From Chiloscyllium plagiosum (lineage: Eukaryota): DNA of 64,000 nt. Where the stretch lies: assembly GCF_004010195.1 (NCBI RefSeq), contig NC_057718.1, forward strand, positions 52,913,709 to 52,977,708, written 5' to 3'. The notes under the pieces were generated by a model. It ran no database searches and was not told the origin of the DNA. It saw only the letters and a program-made list of their open reading frames with translations. Each line of letters begins with the position of its first letter. Position 1 is the stretch's first letter. The translations under genes and the position numbers were made by a program. This document shows, piece by piece, positions 26,268-37,812 of this stretch.

Positions 26268-26392
26268 GCAGTTTAGGGCTATAACAAAAATGATTACATT
26301 AGTATAAGAGTTTAATGTAAAACTTCGGGTGTTGAACTTTTACATTAAACTCTTATACTAATGTAATCATTTTTGTTATAGCCCTAAACTGC
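26268..26392. repeat. Perfect inverted repeat with 55-bp arms and 15-nt spacer
   Basis: 26268-26322 is the exact reverse complement of 26338-26392. Confidence 0.97.
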
Positions 26393-26586
26393 TATAGTAC
26401 AAAGACTACAAGGATGACCTGGATGCTACATCTTACTTCTCAGGGACCTTAAGCTGATCTGTCCACAAGTCCATATGACATCATCATAGTGGGTGATGCT
26501 TCTGGCACTTCTCAGTTTTAACCTTTTCCCAAGAGCTGGCTAACAATTCCTCTCCAATAACTATGCTAGCTCAATAGTACAATAGT

Positions 26587-26900
26587 GATGGAGCAGTTCC
26601 TTGCATGATTTGTACTGATGTTGATACGTTGTTGGACATGATTGATGAACTGCAAGTTTAGTGAGTGGAACATCTTCCTGTTTATGACAATGTGTTCAAA
26701 ATTGACACATTGACAATTACTAATAGCTTCCTTCATCCTTTAAAAAAATCAACAAGTCTGTGGAAGTACTCCATGTAGATGATGAAATAGTTGGTAAGGT
26801 CAAATGCTCTCAAAGAAAGGATCTATGTCCCTGGTGAATTCAGGTCCTGATTGTATTCTGGCTGATATTACATAGACCCCTCACAGCTAGCTGAGGTTTA
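26587..26900 (+). pseudogene. Decayed cyclic-nucleotide-binding domain remnant
   Basis: VPCMICTDVDTLLDMIDELQV**VEHLPVYDNVFKID, then in a shifted frame from 26754 KSVEVLHVDDEIVGK, then a frameshifted LKE/GSM/GE. This resembles the CNBD pattern G.VEV...D...V..L..GS.FGE. Confidence 0.5.
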
Positions 26901-27019
26901 AATTTACCGCACTGATTCACTGTTTCAGTATTCAATTACTGATTCAGTATAAAAGGACAGTGGCAGATTTTGTACAATGAAGAGAAGTTCGGGGTGATGC
27001 ATGTTGCCAGGAAGGACAT

Positions 27020-27690
27020 CGAAAGATAACACAAAATAATATGCAATTCTAAAGGAGGAAGAGAAATGGAGGGACCTGAGTGGTTATGTGTATAGGTCAT
27101 TGGAGGTGGCAGGACAGATGGAGAGAGCAGTTAAGAAAGCATACAATGCCCTTGGTTTTATTAATAGAGACATAGAGTACAAGAGTAAGGCAGTGATGGT
27201 GAGAGACCATTAGACCTCCACTGGGGTATTGTGTACATTTGTGGATGCCACATTATGGGAAAGAAGTGAATGCATCAGACAACGTGCAGAAGTAATTTAC
27301 AAGAATATTTCCAGGAATGAGAGACTTCAGTAATGAGGATTAATTGAAGATGTTGAGACTGTCCTCCTTGGAGAGAAGCAGCTGAGAGATTTGTTAGAGG
27401 TTTTCAAAATCACAAACAGCTGTCTAGAGTAGATGGGAAGAAATGGACCCTGCTTATAAAAAAATAACAGGAACAAGAAGGCATTGATTTAAAACTATGT
27501 GCAAAAGAAGCAAGAGTAATGTGAAAAAAAAATTAACACTGCAAGTAGTTTGGATCTGGAATGCACAGTTTGGAAACATGGTGGAGATAGATTAAATTGA
27601 GGCATTCAAGAGGACATTAATGATTATGTGAAAATAATTAGTGTGCAAGAGAAAGGGCGAAAATCAGGAGATTGGCACAAGGTAAATGAT
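27020..27690 (+). mobile_element. Degraded CR1 3' portion
   Basis: VKKAY..LGFINR, EYK, RTRRH-type motifs and WNA. Confidence 0.8.
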
Positions 27691-27946
27691 GCTTATTTGG
27701 TGTAGCTCAGATTTGGACTTAATACAGAAAATCTGCCTCAAAAGAATGCTTGTCTCTGCATATAAGCAATTGTATAAGCTCGTGGAAAGCTAAAGAGATG
27801 CTGCATCATGGGTTCAAGGTTTACTTTCGTTTGGCAATGTGGCCCAGAAAGTGGTTGGCAGTCTCAGCGTATGATAGCAGATAGATTAGATTTCCCTGGA
27901 ATACAATGCTATAATTTTCTAAACAAAATGGTTAGGAAGTAGATAC

Positions 27947-28120
27947 CTGATTGAGAGGCTAATTCCTGCTATTCTTGACCATGTTACATTTTTAAAAAAG
28001 TTACCTGGAGTATCTTTGAGGCAGTTCTTCGTAGTGGTTGACTATCAGAAAGATTACAACTGAGGGATCAGATAAAACTATATGATGGGACCTTGGTAAT
28101 ATCATCAGATTTCAAAACTA
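27947..28120 (+). pseudogene. Possible second CNBD remnant
   Basis: LIERLIPAILDHVTFLKKLPGVSLRQFFVVVDYQKDYN resembles the N-terminal helices of a CNBD. LYDGTLVI in a shifted frame resembles I..G.V.V. Confidence 0.35.
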
Positions 28121-28366
28121 AAGCAGCACTCCCACCACCTCTGGTCAGTTAAATTAAAATTGTACTCAGTCAGATTGATCCACATTGTCCAGTGCAGGAT
28201 AGTGCAGGACAACTAGATAAAATGCGTAAAGAACTGAAATTGGATTGGTGAGCTTGTTGCTTTCAGATAAAAGTCTACCTGAGTTCCTAACGAAATAGTC
28301 CTAAGATTGTTTTTTTAATCAACTTTATTCCACAATGCTGGACCATCTCCTTCCTATGTACACTCC

Positions 28367-30415
28367 CACTTGCTTCTGTCTTTACGAAAGAAACAAACTT
28401 TGTAGTGAATGAAACCTTTGAAGAGCAGGTATGCATGCTGGAATGGATAGAGATAGAGGAAGCTGATGTGCTGAAAATTTTGTCAAACATTTGTCAAACA
28501 AAATTTTGTCAAACACCGTGGGCGGCACGGTGGCACAGTGGTTAGCACTGCTGCCTCACAGCGCCAGAGATCCGGGTTCAATTCCCGCCTCCGGCGACTG
28601 ACTGTGTGGAGTTTGCACGTTCTCCCCGTGTCTGCGTGGGTTTCCTCCGGGTGCTCCGGTTTCCTCCCACAGTCCAAAGATGTGCAGGTCAGGTGAATAG
28701 GCCATGCTAAATTGCCCGTAGTGTTAGGTAAGGGGTAAATGTAGGGGTATGGGTGGGTTGCGCTTCGGCGGGTCGGTGTGGACTTGTTGGGCCGAAGGGC
28801 CTGTTTCCACACTGTAAGTAATCTAATCTAATTAAGATTGACAAGTCGCCAGCCACACTGTAAGTAATCTAATTAAGATTGACAAGTCGCCAGCCCGGAC
28901 CAGATTTGTCCTCGGCTGCTTTGGGAAACGAGAAATGCAATTGCTTCGCCACTTGCGAATATCTTTGCATCCTCGCTCTCCATTGGAGTCGTACCTGAGG
29001 ACTGGAGAGAGGCAAATGTAATTCCTCTCTTCAAGAGAGGAAATAGGGAAATCCCCAGCAATTACAGACCACTAAGTCTCGCGTCTGTCGTCTGCAAAGT
29101 GTTAGAAAGGATTCTGAGGGATAGGATTTATGACCATCTGGAAGAGCATGGCTTGATTAAATGAAGTCAACACAGCTTTGTGAGGGGCAGGTCGTGCCTC
29201 ACAAACCTTATCGAGTTCTTTGAGGATGTGACTAGAAAAGTTGATGAGGGTCGAGCTGTGGATGTGGGGTATATGGACTTCAGCAAGGCATTTGATAAGG
29301 TTCCCCATGATAGGCTCATTCAGAAGGTCAGGAGGAATGGGATACAGGGGAACCTAGCTGTCTGGATACAGAATTGGCTGGCCAACAGAAGACAGCGAGT
29401 GGTAGTAGAAGGAAAATATTCTGCCTGGAAGTTTGTGGTGAATGGTGTTCCACAGGGATCTGTCCTTGGGCCTCTACTGTTTGTAATTTTTATTAATGAC
29501 TTGGATGAGGGGATTGAAGGATGGGTCAGCAAGTTTGCAGATGACACAAAGGTTGGAGGTGTCGTTGACAGTACAGAGGGCCGTTGTAGGCTGCAGTGGG
29601 GCATTGACAGGATGCAGAGATGGGCTGAGAGGTGGCAGATGGAGTTCAACTTGAATAAATGCAAGGTGATGCATTTTGGAAGGTCGAATATGAAAGCTGA
29701 GTACAGGATTAAGGATAGGATTCTTGGCAGTGTGAAGGAACAGAGGGATCTTGGTGTGCGGGTACATAGATCCCTTAAAATGGCCACCCAAGTGGACAGG
29801 GTTGTTAAGAAAGCATATGGTGTTTTGGCTTTCATTAACAGGGGGATTGAGTTTAAGAGTCGTGAGATCTTGTTGCAGCCCTATAAAACTTTGGTTAGAC
29901 CGCACTTGGAATACTGCGTCCAGTTCTGGTCGCCCTATTATAGGAAAGATGTGGATGCTTTGCAGAGGGTTCAGAGGAGGTTTACCAGGATGCTGCCTGG
30001 ACTGGAGGGCTTATCTTATGAAAAGAAGTTGACTGAGCTCGGACTTTTTTCATTGGAGAAAAGGAGGAGGAGGGGACCGAATTGAGGTATACAAGATAAT
30101 GAGAGGCATAGATAGAGTTGATAGCCAGAGACTATTTCCCAGGGCAGAAATGACTAACATGAGGGGTCATAGTTTTGAGCTGATTGAAGGAAAGTATAGA
30201 GGGGATGTCAGAGGCGGGTTCTTTACACAGAGAGTTGAGAGAGCATGGAATACTTTGTCAGCAGCAGTTGTGGAAGCAAGGTCATTGGGGACATTTAAGA
30301 GACTACTGGACTTGCATATGGTCACAGAAGTTTGAGGGTGCATACATGAGGATCAGTGGCCGGCACAACATTGTGGGCTGAAGTGCCTGTTCTGTGCTGT
30401 ACTGTTCTATGTTGT
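28367..30415 (+). mobile_element. Young 5'-truncated CR1 (HER1-type) LINE with largely intact RT
   Basis: ASVFTKE...KIDKSP.PD, NYRPLSL and ORF 29180-30085 (GRSCLTNL, DFSKAFDKVPH, GVPQGSVLGP, FADDTK). 3' tail gcctgttctgtgctgtactgttctatg. Confidence 0.95.
28520..28832 (+). mobile_element. HE1-type V-SINE inserted in the CR1 ORF2
   Basis: Full-length copy: gggcggcacggTGGCACAGTGG...GGTTCAATTCC...V core...gtaatctaatctaa. Confidence 0.97.
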
Positions 30416-31569
30416 AAAAATGAACAGCACTAATATGTAACTTGATGGTTTTATAATTCCTGGGTCACTGAGTTTATGATGAAAGTTGTGGGGGGAGGAG
30501 GGGAGGAGGTGTGCGGGGGGGGGGGCGGGGAAACAGGAGATATGTCACCAAAATCCAAGGAAGCTGCCCATCCATCAGTCCTATTTATGGCCATGATCCT
30601 GCTGGGGCAAAGGTCAGAGTTCTGTCAACAGTAAGCCTGATATCCAGACAGGGGTTCTAGACCAAATTTCTCAATTAAAAGGGTGTATCCATTTGGTAAG
30701 CTGAAGAGGTATTTTTAATGTTAATTGTGAAATAGAAGCATTCAGTTTGAGGCTGAAACTGAACTGCTACTGGCATAAATTAGGAAAATTTTGTTTTATC
30801 TGGGAAGAACTATTTGCTACAGCACAGACTGTGTGGAAGAAGAAGACAACCCTGGCTAGGACTGACACCTCAGTAGTCCCTTGGGCATGGTTATAATGTC
30901 AAAAGTTTATGGCCTTGCCAGGTCAGCAAAGGCAAGAGTGCTGTCAGCTAAATAATAGCTCAGCTATTTAAAACATAGAGAAGCAGATCAGTATCGCCTG
31001 GGCTAATGTTAATGTCCTTTAAGATTTCACATGGCTCTTGCTTTTCTGCCCCAGAAGCAATGTAACTAGGCAGCACTCATCAATTGTTACACATCCTGTA
31101 GTGCATGCTTGCACATTGATGTCTCTCATTCTTGTTCCTCACTCCTTTTCATCTATCATTATTAACATCTCTGCCATGAATACTGACAGACTGTTACAGT
31201 AAGGTCTGGGGACTACAGCAGCCAGTTAACACAATGTATTCCTCCAGCAGGAAAAGACGGCACAGAATGTGAGTAAGTGCTGAGCAACTGAAACAGTGTA
31301 CATGCATGTGTCATCCAGTTCGGCATAAAAAAGAAGCAGTAGCAAGCTTAGTGTTCAACTTTGTTCTGAGATATTATGTTTATGCGAGTTAATGCATTTT
31401 TAGTGAGCTTATGAGCACAAGTGTCTTTGGTCATGTATGTTTCTTAGAATTGTTTTTCATTGGTTTTACAAGTTACCAGTTTTCTCACAACAAGTTAATA
31501 AATAAGCTGTTCAAGAGAAAATTCTGTTCAAAAAGACCAAAGATTTCAACACTACTTTCTGCTCTACAG

Positions 31570-31850
31570 TCTAAAAGCCGGAAAACAGAGGAACAGGTGA
31601 CATTGATGAGGAGTAGCCAAAAGTAGATTCCTCCATATGTAATAAATCTGCTGACTATTTACCCACCCTGCCATACTCATCATCACTTCTTTCAAGTTAT
31701 AGAGTGCATAATACGCCACCATACTTTATGAACTGATTCCATTTGAAGCCACTCTTGTTGTGGAGGGTGGCTGTAAGCATTGACAAATATATTAATGTCT
31801 TCCTACTGAAGTACAGCCTGAAAATGTTGCTGTCCTTGGACAATTATGAT
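31570..31850 (+). pseudogene. Decayed exon resembling S1(-S2) of a further channel repeat
   Basis: Acceptor ctttctgctctacAG (31568-69). LLTIYPPCHTHHHFFQVIECII is followed in a shifted frame from 31715 by ATILYELIPFEATL, resembling I.P.....W....Y...IPF..AF. Confidence 0.45.
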
Positions 31851-31867
31851 AGGTTGTAATGTAGTTG

Positions 31868-31990
31868 TACCAGCCTCCACCACCTCCTCTGGCAGGTCAT
31901 TCTATACACACACCACCCTCTGCATGAAAAAAAAATCCCCTTAAGTCCTTCTTAGATCTTTCCCCTCTCACCTTAAAACTATGCCCTCAA
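31868..31990 (-). mobile_element. CR1 fragment
   Basis: Homologous to about 62540-62660. Confidence 0.7.
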
Positions 31991-32814
31991 GTGTATCTCA
32001 CAACTTGATTACATGGGGTGAGGACAGGTATTGCAAGTCCACTTTTAATGTACTTGAAATCTGGCTTTCGTTTATCTCTCCACCCCTACTCCAAACCAAA
32101 TAAAAACTTAAATTGCCAATGGTAATTCCATGTCCATTTTATTTGAAAGAATTACAAATCTTTTTAGGAAAATCTGTAGCAAAATTGCAAAATACATAAA
32201 ATACCAAAAGATCACAATAGCTGATTGCCACAAGCTGAATGTTAAATGCAATCATTGCACATGACTGAAACAAAAGCTGCTACTCTTTAATGGTATTCAC
32301 ATGCTGTTACAAAATGATGTGGCATAGAGGCCATAGATTATAATTTTTTACGCAGAGAAGGAAGAAGAAGATAAATAGATAGTAATTTAGCTATAGAAAC
32401 AGAAAACAGAGAAAAGAAGCTGAGATTAGAAAATGGTGGGGTGTGAAGATTCACATGGACTGGTGTTGAGATGACCAGTCTGAATTATTTACATAACCAA
32501 TGTGGACTTGACAGTTGGAAGCACAATTTCAAAATCTAGGGATGGTATCAAATTGAAAGATTTGGTTAATACTGAAGAGGACGGCTAAATGCAGATCAAT
32601 GGGAGCATTCTGTTGTTGAACTTATCCTCCAGTAGCCTGATCTAAGTTTAAACCTCAACATGGCGACTAGGGAATTAAACTTCAATTCTAAAGCTAGAAT
32701 AAAATGCCTGTTTTATTAGGGGTGATAATTTAAATCAAAATATTTATCCTAATGTAAAACTAATTCTCTATTATCCTTTAAATCTTCAATTTCTTTCTCT
32801 TGTTCGGCTTACAA

Positions 32815-33520
32815 ATGTGGATGTACAAAGGCGTCTGGGTGTTCTTGTTTATCAGTCAATGAGAGCTGACAGACAGGTGCAGCAAGTAACTTGGAAAGCA
32901 AATGTTATATTGACCTTCTTTGCAATAGGATTTAAGTTCAGAAGTAGGGATGTCACACTACAGTTATATAGGGCCTTGGTGAGACCACACTTGGAGAATT
33001 CCTGAAGAAGTGCTTATGCCCGAAATGTCGATTCTCCTGTTCCCCGGATGCTGCCTGACCTGCTGCGCTTTTCCAGCAACACGTTTTCAGCTCTGATCTC
33101 CAGCATCTGCAGACCTCACTTTCTCCACACTTGGAAAATTTTGTGCAATTTTGGTGTGATATACTTTCCATCAAAGGATTGCAGCAAAGATGAGAAGAGA
33201 TTTGACTGAAACATACAAAGTTCTGATAGGGCTGAATAGAATAGGTGCAGAAAGGATGTTTCCCCTAGTTGGGGGAACTAGAAGCAGAGTGCACAGTCTC
33301 AGGATACCTTTTAGACCACTTTGATCTGCGATGAAGAAAAACGTTTTTCATTAAAAGGAGAGTGAACCCATGGAATTCTCTACCACAGGAGGCTGGGAAG
33401 GCGAAGTCACTGAAGGTGAAAGATTTATTTTAGATTTCTAAGGCACCAAGTGGTAAGGGGACTAAACAGGACTATAGCATAGTGATACAGGATCACCCAT
33501 GATCACATTGAATGAAGCAA
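32815..33520 (+). mobile_element. Degraded CR1 3' portion interrupted by a hammerhead repeat
   Basis: LQLYRALVRPHLE motif, and later MFPLVGGTRSRVHSL. Confidence 0.8.
33001..33124 (+). mobile_element. Short hammerhead-headed PLE-terminal repeat with 16-bp TSD
   Basis: cCTGAAGAagtgcttatgcccGAAAtgtcgatt. CCACACTTGGA(G/A)AATT occurs at 32985-33000 and 33125-33140. Confidence 0.85.
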
Positions 33521-34323
33521 GGGAGGAGTTTTTAAAATTGTTATTCATTCAGGGGATGAGGGCATCTCTAGCTCACCCAGCATTTATTACCCATACCTAA
33601 CTATGCAGAGGGCCGACTCTTGGTCTTAGTTTTGATGTTTGAAAATTATATGTAATTCCAGACTCACAGCAATGTGATTGACTCTTAGCTACCCTCTAAA
33701 ATGTCTCTTGGTTTGTGACAATACTCCACAGGTCTAGCAAACTATGTGGTTCTAACAGGAAAGTCAAATACTGTACTAAAGGATGCAGAGTAGGTACCAA
33801 TTGTTGCTTCCACCCAAGGAAATCTGGGATTTGAAGTCAAACTGACCATGGTGTGTAGTAATGAGTTAACATTCTGCTATTAGCTACTAAGTATTTGAGT
33901 AGGGAGCTGTGTCATAATGAAGTCTAATGACATGGGAATGAGACCTCAGGGAAGTAGATACTAGTGTAGCTCTACGCTACCATGCTTTTGCATACAGCTT
34001 CCAACTAATTAACATGAATACTTTACAGCAGCACTGTGTTCTGTTGTCATCTATCCAAGAGGCCAGAATCTGTTGGCAATAAATATTCTTACCTAATGGC
34101 AAGCAGTGACCCGATCCCGAAAAGCACTAGCCAGGAACTCTCCGAAATGTAGAGGGCTCCACATAGACTGAGCAAGAGCCAAGTGGCAGTGAGCCATTTC
34201 AAGCCATCCACTTTGTGCACAGAACTAACACACGCCTGGACAGCAGTAGGAGATACCACTGTCACTTCTTAATCTCCCTGAGATGGTGGAGAGAATCCAC
34301 TGGCAGAAAGAAAGTATCAGTGT

Positions 34324-34823
34324 NNNNNNNNNNNNNNNNNNNNNNNNNNNNNNNNNNNNNNNNNNNNNNNNNNNNNNNNNNNNNNNNNNNNNNNNNNNNN
34401 NNNNNNNNNNNNNNNNNNNNNNNNNNNNNNNNNNNNNNNNNNNNNNNNNNNNNNNNNNNNNNNNNNNNNNNNNNNNNNNNNNNNNNNNNNNNNNNNNNNN
34501 NNNNNNNNNNNNNNNNNNNNNNNNNNNNNNNNNNNNNNNNNNNNNNNNNNNNNNNNNNNNNNNNNNNNNNNNNNNNNNNNNNNNNNNNNNNNNNNNNNNN
34601 NNNNNNNNNNNNNNNNNNNNNNNNNNNNNNNNNNNNNNNNNNNNNNNNNNNNNNNNNNNNNNNNNNNNNNNNNNNNNNNNNNNNNNNNNNNNNNNNNNNN
34701 NNNNNNNNNNNNNNNNNNNNNNNNNNNNNNNNNNNNNNNNNNNNNNNNNNNNNNNNNNNNNNNNNNNNNNNNNNNNNNNNNNNNNNNNNNNNNNNNNNNN
34801 NNNNNNNNNNNNNNNNNNNNNNN
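34324..34823. other. Assembly gap (500 N)
   Basis: Run of N. Confidence 1.
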
Positions 34824-35868
34824 AGTGGAGGGCTCTCTACGCGGGAGTCCTCCCCCTTTCTCTCGGGGATCTGGGGTGGAGGGTGCTGCACGCAGCAGTC
34901 CCCTGCAACCGCAGATTGCGGTGGTTCACGGACTCCCAGCCCAACTGCTTGTTCTGTGGCGCTGTGGAGTCCGTGGACCACGTGTATATTGGGTGTGGGC
35001 GTTTGCACTCACTTTTTGATTTCCTTAAAAACCTTCTCCTCTGTTTTTGGCTGCACTTCAGTCCCACGCTCCTGATCTTTGGGCACCCGGTACGGAGGAA
35101 GGAGGGCAGGTCTGAAGACCTCCTCGTGGGCCTGCTCCTGGGCCTGGCCAAACTGGCCATCAACAGGTCCAGGCAGCGGGCCGTGGAGGGGGTCGTTAGG
35201 GCCGACTGCCTGCCCCTCTTCCGCGGTTATGTTAGAGCCCGGGTGTCCTTGGAGAAGGAGCACGCGGTGTCGACCAACACCCTGGAGTTGTTCAGGGAGA
35301 GGTGGGCGCCGCAGGGAGTGGAGTGCATCATTTCTCCCTCCAAATCTATTTTGATTTAGTCCCTACCCTCCCCTTCACTGTTTTGATCACACAGCACTGC
35401 CCTTCGATGTGAAGGGCAGTGTTTGTCACTGGCCACCCGGGTGTTTTCCTATCTTCCTGGTGGTGGAAATTGAATGAAGATTTCTAAAAAAAAGGGAAAA
35501 AAATATAAACAGGAGTGAGCACTACCGCAGTTAGGCGGTAGTGTGGGGGTTAAGAAAAAAGAAAAAAAGAGAAAAAAAAGAAAAATAGAAGAAAAAGAAG
35601 AAAAAAAACAGGAGTGCCCTCCCCTTCACTGTTTTGATCACACAGCACTGTCCCTTGATGTGAAGGGCAGTGTTTGTCACTGGCCACCCGGGTATTTTCC
35701 TATCTTCCTGGTGGTGGAAATTGAATAAAGATTCGTGCACTTTGTGTCTCTCACTGTGTCTCACACCTGCACACACACACCATGGGTGCTGGGGAAAAAA
35801 ATAAGCACTACCGCACTTAGGTGGTAGTGTAGGGGTTAAATTTTTTTTAAAAAGGGAAAAAAAAACCA
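34824..35868 (+). mobile_element. 3' end of a Tx1/L1-clade LINE (zinc finger, stop, duplicated 3' UTR, poly-A)
   Basis: DLGWRVLH...CLFCGAVESVDHVYIGC (CCHC zf-RVT type), LAKLAINRSR and stop at 35359. The 3' UTR at about 35360-35485 is repeated at about 35615-35735. A-rich tails, GC/CpG-rich. Confidence 0.9.
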
Positions 35869-35889
35869 AACCACAGTCAGTGTCACTCA

Positions 35890-36010
35890 AGCGGTGGCAT
35901 GGTAGCTCAGTGATTAGCACTGCTGCCTCACAGCTCCAGGGGCCTGGGTTCGACACTAGCCTTAGGTGACTATCTGAGTGGAGTTTGCACATTCTCCCAA
36001 TATCTGCATG
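35890..36010 (+). mobile_element. 5' part of a diverged V-SINE
   Basis: tggtagctcagtgattagcactgctgcctcacag...gggttcgacact...ggagtttgcacattctccc. Confidence 0.8.
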
Positions 36011-36016
36011 GAATTT

Positions 36017-37200
36017 TGCTGGTGTGCATCCGTACCCAGGTCGTGACGTTCCACCTTCAGGCCTTGCAGCGATACCTTTACGTCGAGCCTCCTCCTTGGT
36101 GGTGCGCCCTGACGATGTATTTTTTCCGCCAGATGCGTAACCTCAACTACAACACGCAGCTCCTATTCGACGACCATGATGGTTTGGACGTCACCCTCAG
36201 GATGCTGCCTGTCTTTTACCAGGACCTGATCACTGTCTGGAACATGGTCGAATCGCGCTGCGCCTACCCTCCGGCAGGAGTAGCGGCTGTCGTCAGGGAG
36301 CCGTTGCTCAGGAATCCGCATCTCCGTACTCGCAGATTCGAGTGGCTGTCGGAGGGGAGGGCCGTGGCGGCGAGGGTGACCAGGGTTGGGGACGTGCTGG
36401 GTGCCGGGGGCCTGGGCTGGATGCTACCGCAGGACATAGCGAGCAGGGCAGCGGTAGACATCCGGTACGTGGCCACCGCCGTCCGACGCCTTAAAACGGC
36501 GGTGCTCGGACCCGACGTAATGCACCAGTTGGAGGATGCTCAGGTGTGCGGTGGGATCCCGTCCACGCTCACCTCTACCCGGACGGAATTTCACATTGGC
36601 CCCAAGGTTCCGTACTTCCCGCGGGAGCCTGTGTCCCACCAATCTAGCCGCCTCCTCCTCTGCTTTTGGTTGCACTTCAGACCCACGTTTCTGATCTTCG
36701 GGCACCCGGTACAGAGTGGGGAGGGCAAGTCTGAAGACCTCCTCGTGGGTCTGCTCCTGGGCCTGGCCAAACTGGCCATAAACAGGTCCAGGCAGCAGGT
36801 CATGGAGGGGGTCGTTAGGGCCGACTGCCTGGACCTGTTTATGGCCCGGGTGTCCTTGGAGAAGGAGCACGCGGTGTCCACCAACACCCTGGAGTTGTTG
36901 AGAGAGAGGTGGGCGCCGCAGGGAGTGGAGTGCATTATTTCCCCGTCCAACTCTATTTTGATTTAATCCCTCCCCTCCCCTTCATTGTTTGATCACACAG
37001 TATTGCCCTTTGATGTGAAGGGCACTGCTTGTCACTGGCCACTCGGATATTTCCTTTCTTCCTGGTGGTGGAAATTTGAATAAAGATTCGTGCACCTTGT
37101 GTCTCTCACTGTGTCTCACACCTGCACACACACACAACATGGGTGCTGGGGAAAAAAAATAAGCACTACCGCAGAAAAGAAAAAAAAAGAAAAAAAAAAC
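36017..37200 (+). mobile_element. Second 5'-truncated Tx1/L1-clade LINE copy with internal deletion
   Basis: ORF 36016-36966 (LQALQRYL...LPVFYQDL...EPLLRNP) has a C-terminus near identical to the copy at 34824-35359, and the same 3' UTR and poly-A. Confidence 0.9.
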
Positions 37201-37410
37201 ACAGTCATTACACACATCATGGATGTTGGGGAAAATATAAACATTTTGGTGGTGTGAAGGTTACTCAGTTGTGCGTAATAACACTTCTGAGTAGTTAAAA
37301 AAGGGGGATAAACAAAGAAAAAAGAGGAAAGAAAAACATAATAGGGGATCAGGACTCTTGTGGTAGTGCCTTACCTCTGTTCCAGAAGTGTGCAATAATA
37401 TCTCTGAATA

Positions 37411-37632
37411 AAAATTGAAAGAAAAGTGAATGCTGTAAATCAGAAACAAAAACAGAGGTTGCTGGAAAAACTCAGCAGGTCAGGCAGCATCTGCGAAGAG
37501 AAATCAGAGTTATCGTTTCGGGCCCAGTCACCTTCCTTAGGTGGAGAGCATCCACAGGCCCAAAAATGTTAAATCTGATTTCTCTTTAAAGATGCTGCCA
37601 GACCCACTGAGCTTTTCCAGCAACTTCAGTTT
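37411..37632. mobile_element. Inverted pair of PLE-terminal repeats with 15-bp TSD
   Basis: Arms at about 37447-37525 and 37556-37632 are diverged reverse complements. TAATATCTCTGAATA occurs at 37396-37410 and 37633-37647. Confidence 0.8.
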
Positions 37633-37812
37633 TAATATCTCTGAATAGAATGATTAGAAAATATTATAGGAGGGATGCAGGCTTCAAACCTTTTAGAGAG
37701 AGGGGGTATTATTTCCCCCTCGAAATCCATTTTAATTTAATCCCCTCCCTCCATTTTTGGAATTGCTACTCTTTCCCTGGTGGGTAATGTTTGTAATTAG
37801 TTAGTTTAACTT

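Noticed and set aside
28520..28595. tRNA gene
   Set aside because: The A/B boxes belong to the tRNA-derived head of a multi-copy V-SINE.
30488..30530. G-quadruplex as a regulatory element
   Set aside because: Short low-complexity G tract with no promoter or CpG-island context.
34215..35359. ORFs spanning the N-run
   Set aside because: Artefact of translating through the gap. Only the part after 34824 is real (Tx1 ORF2 end).
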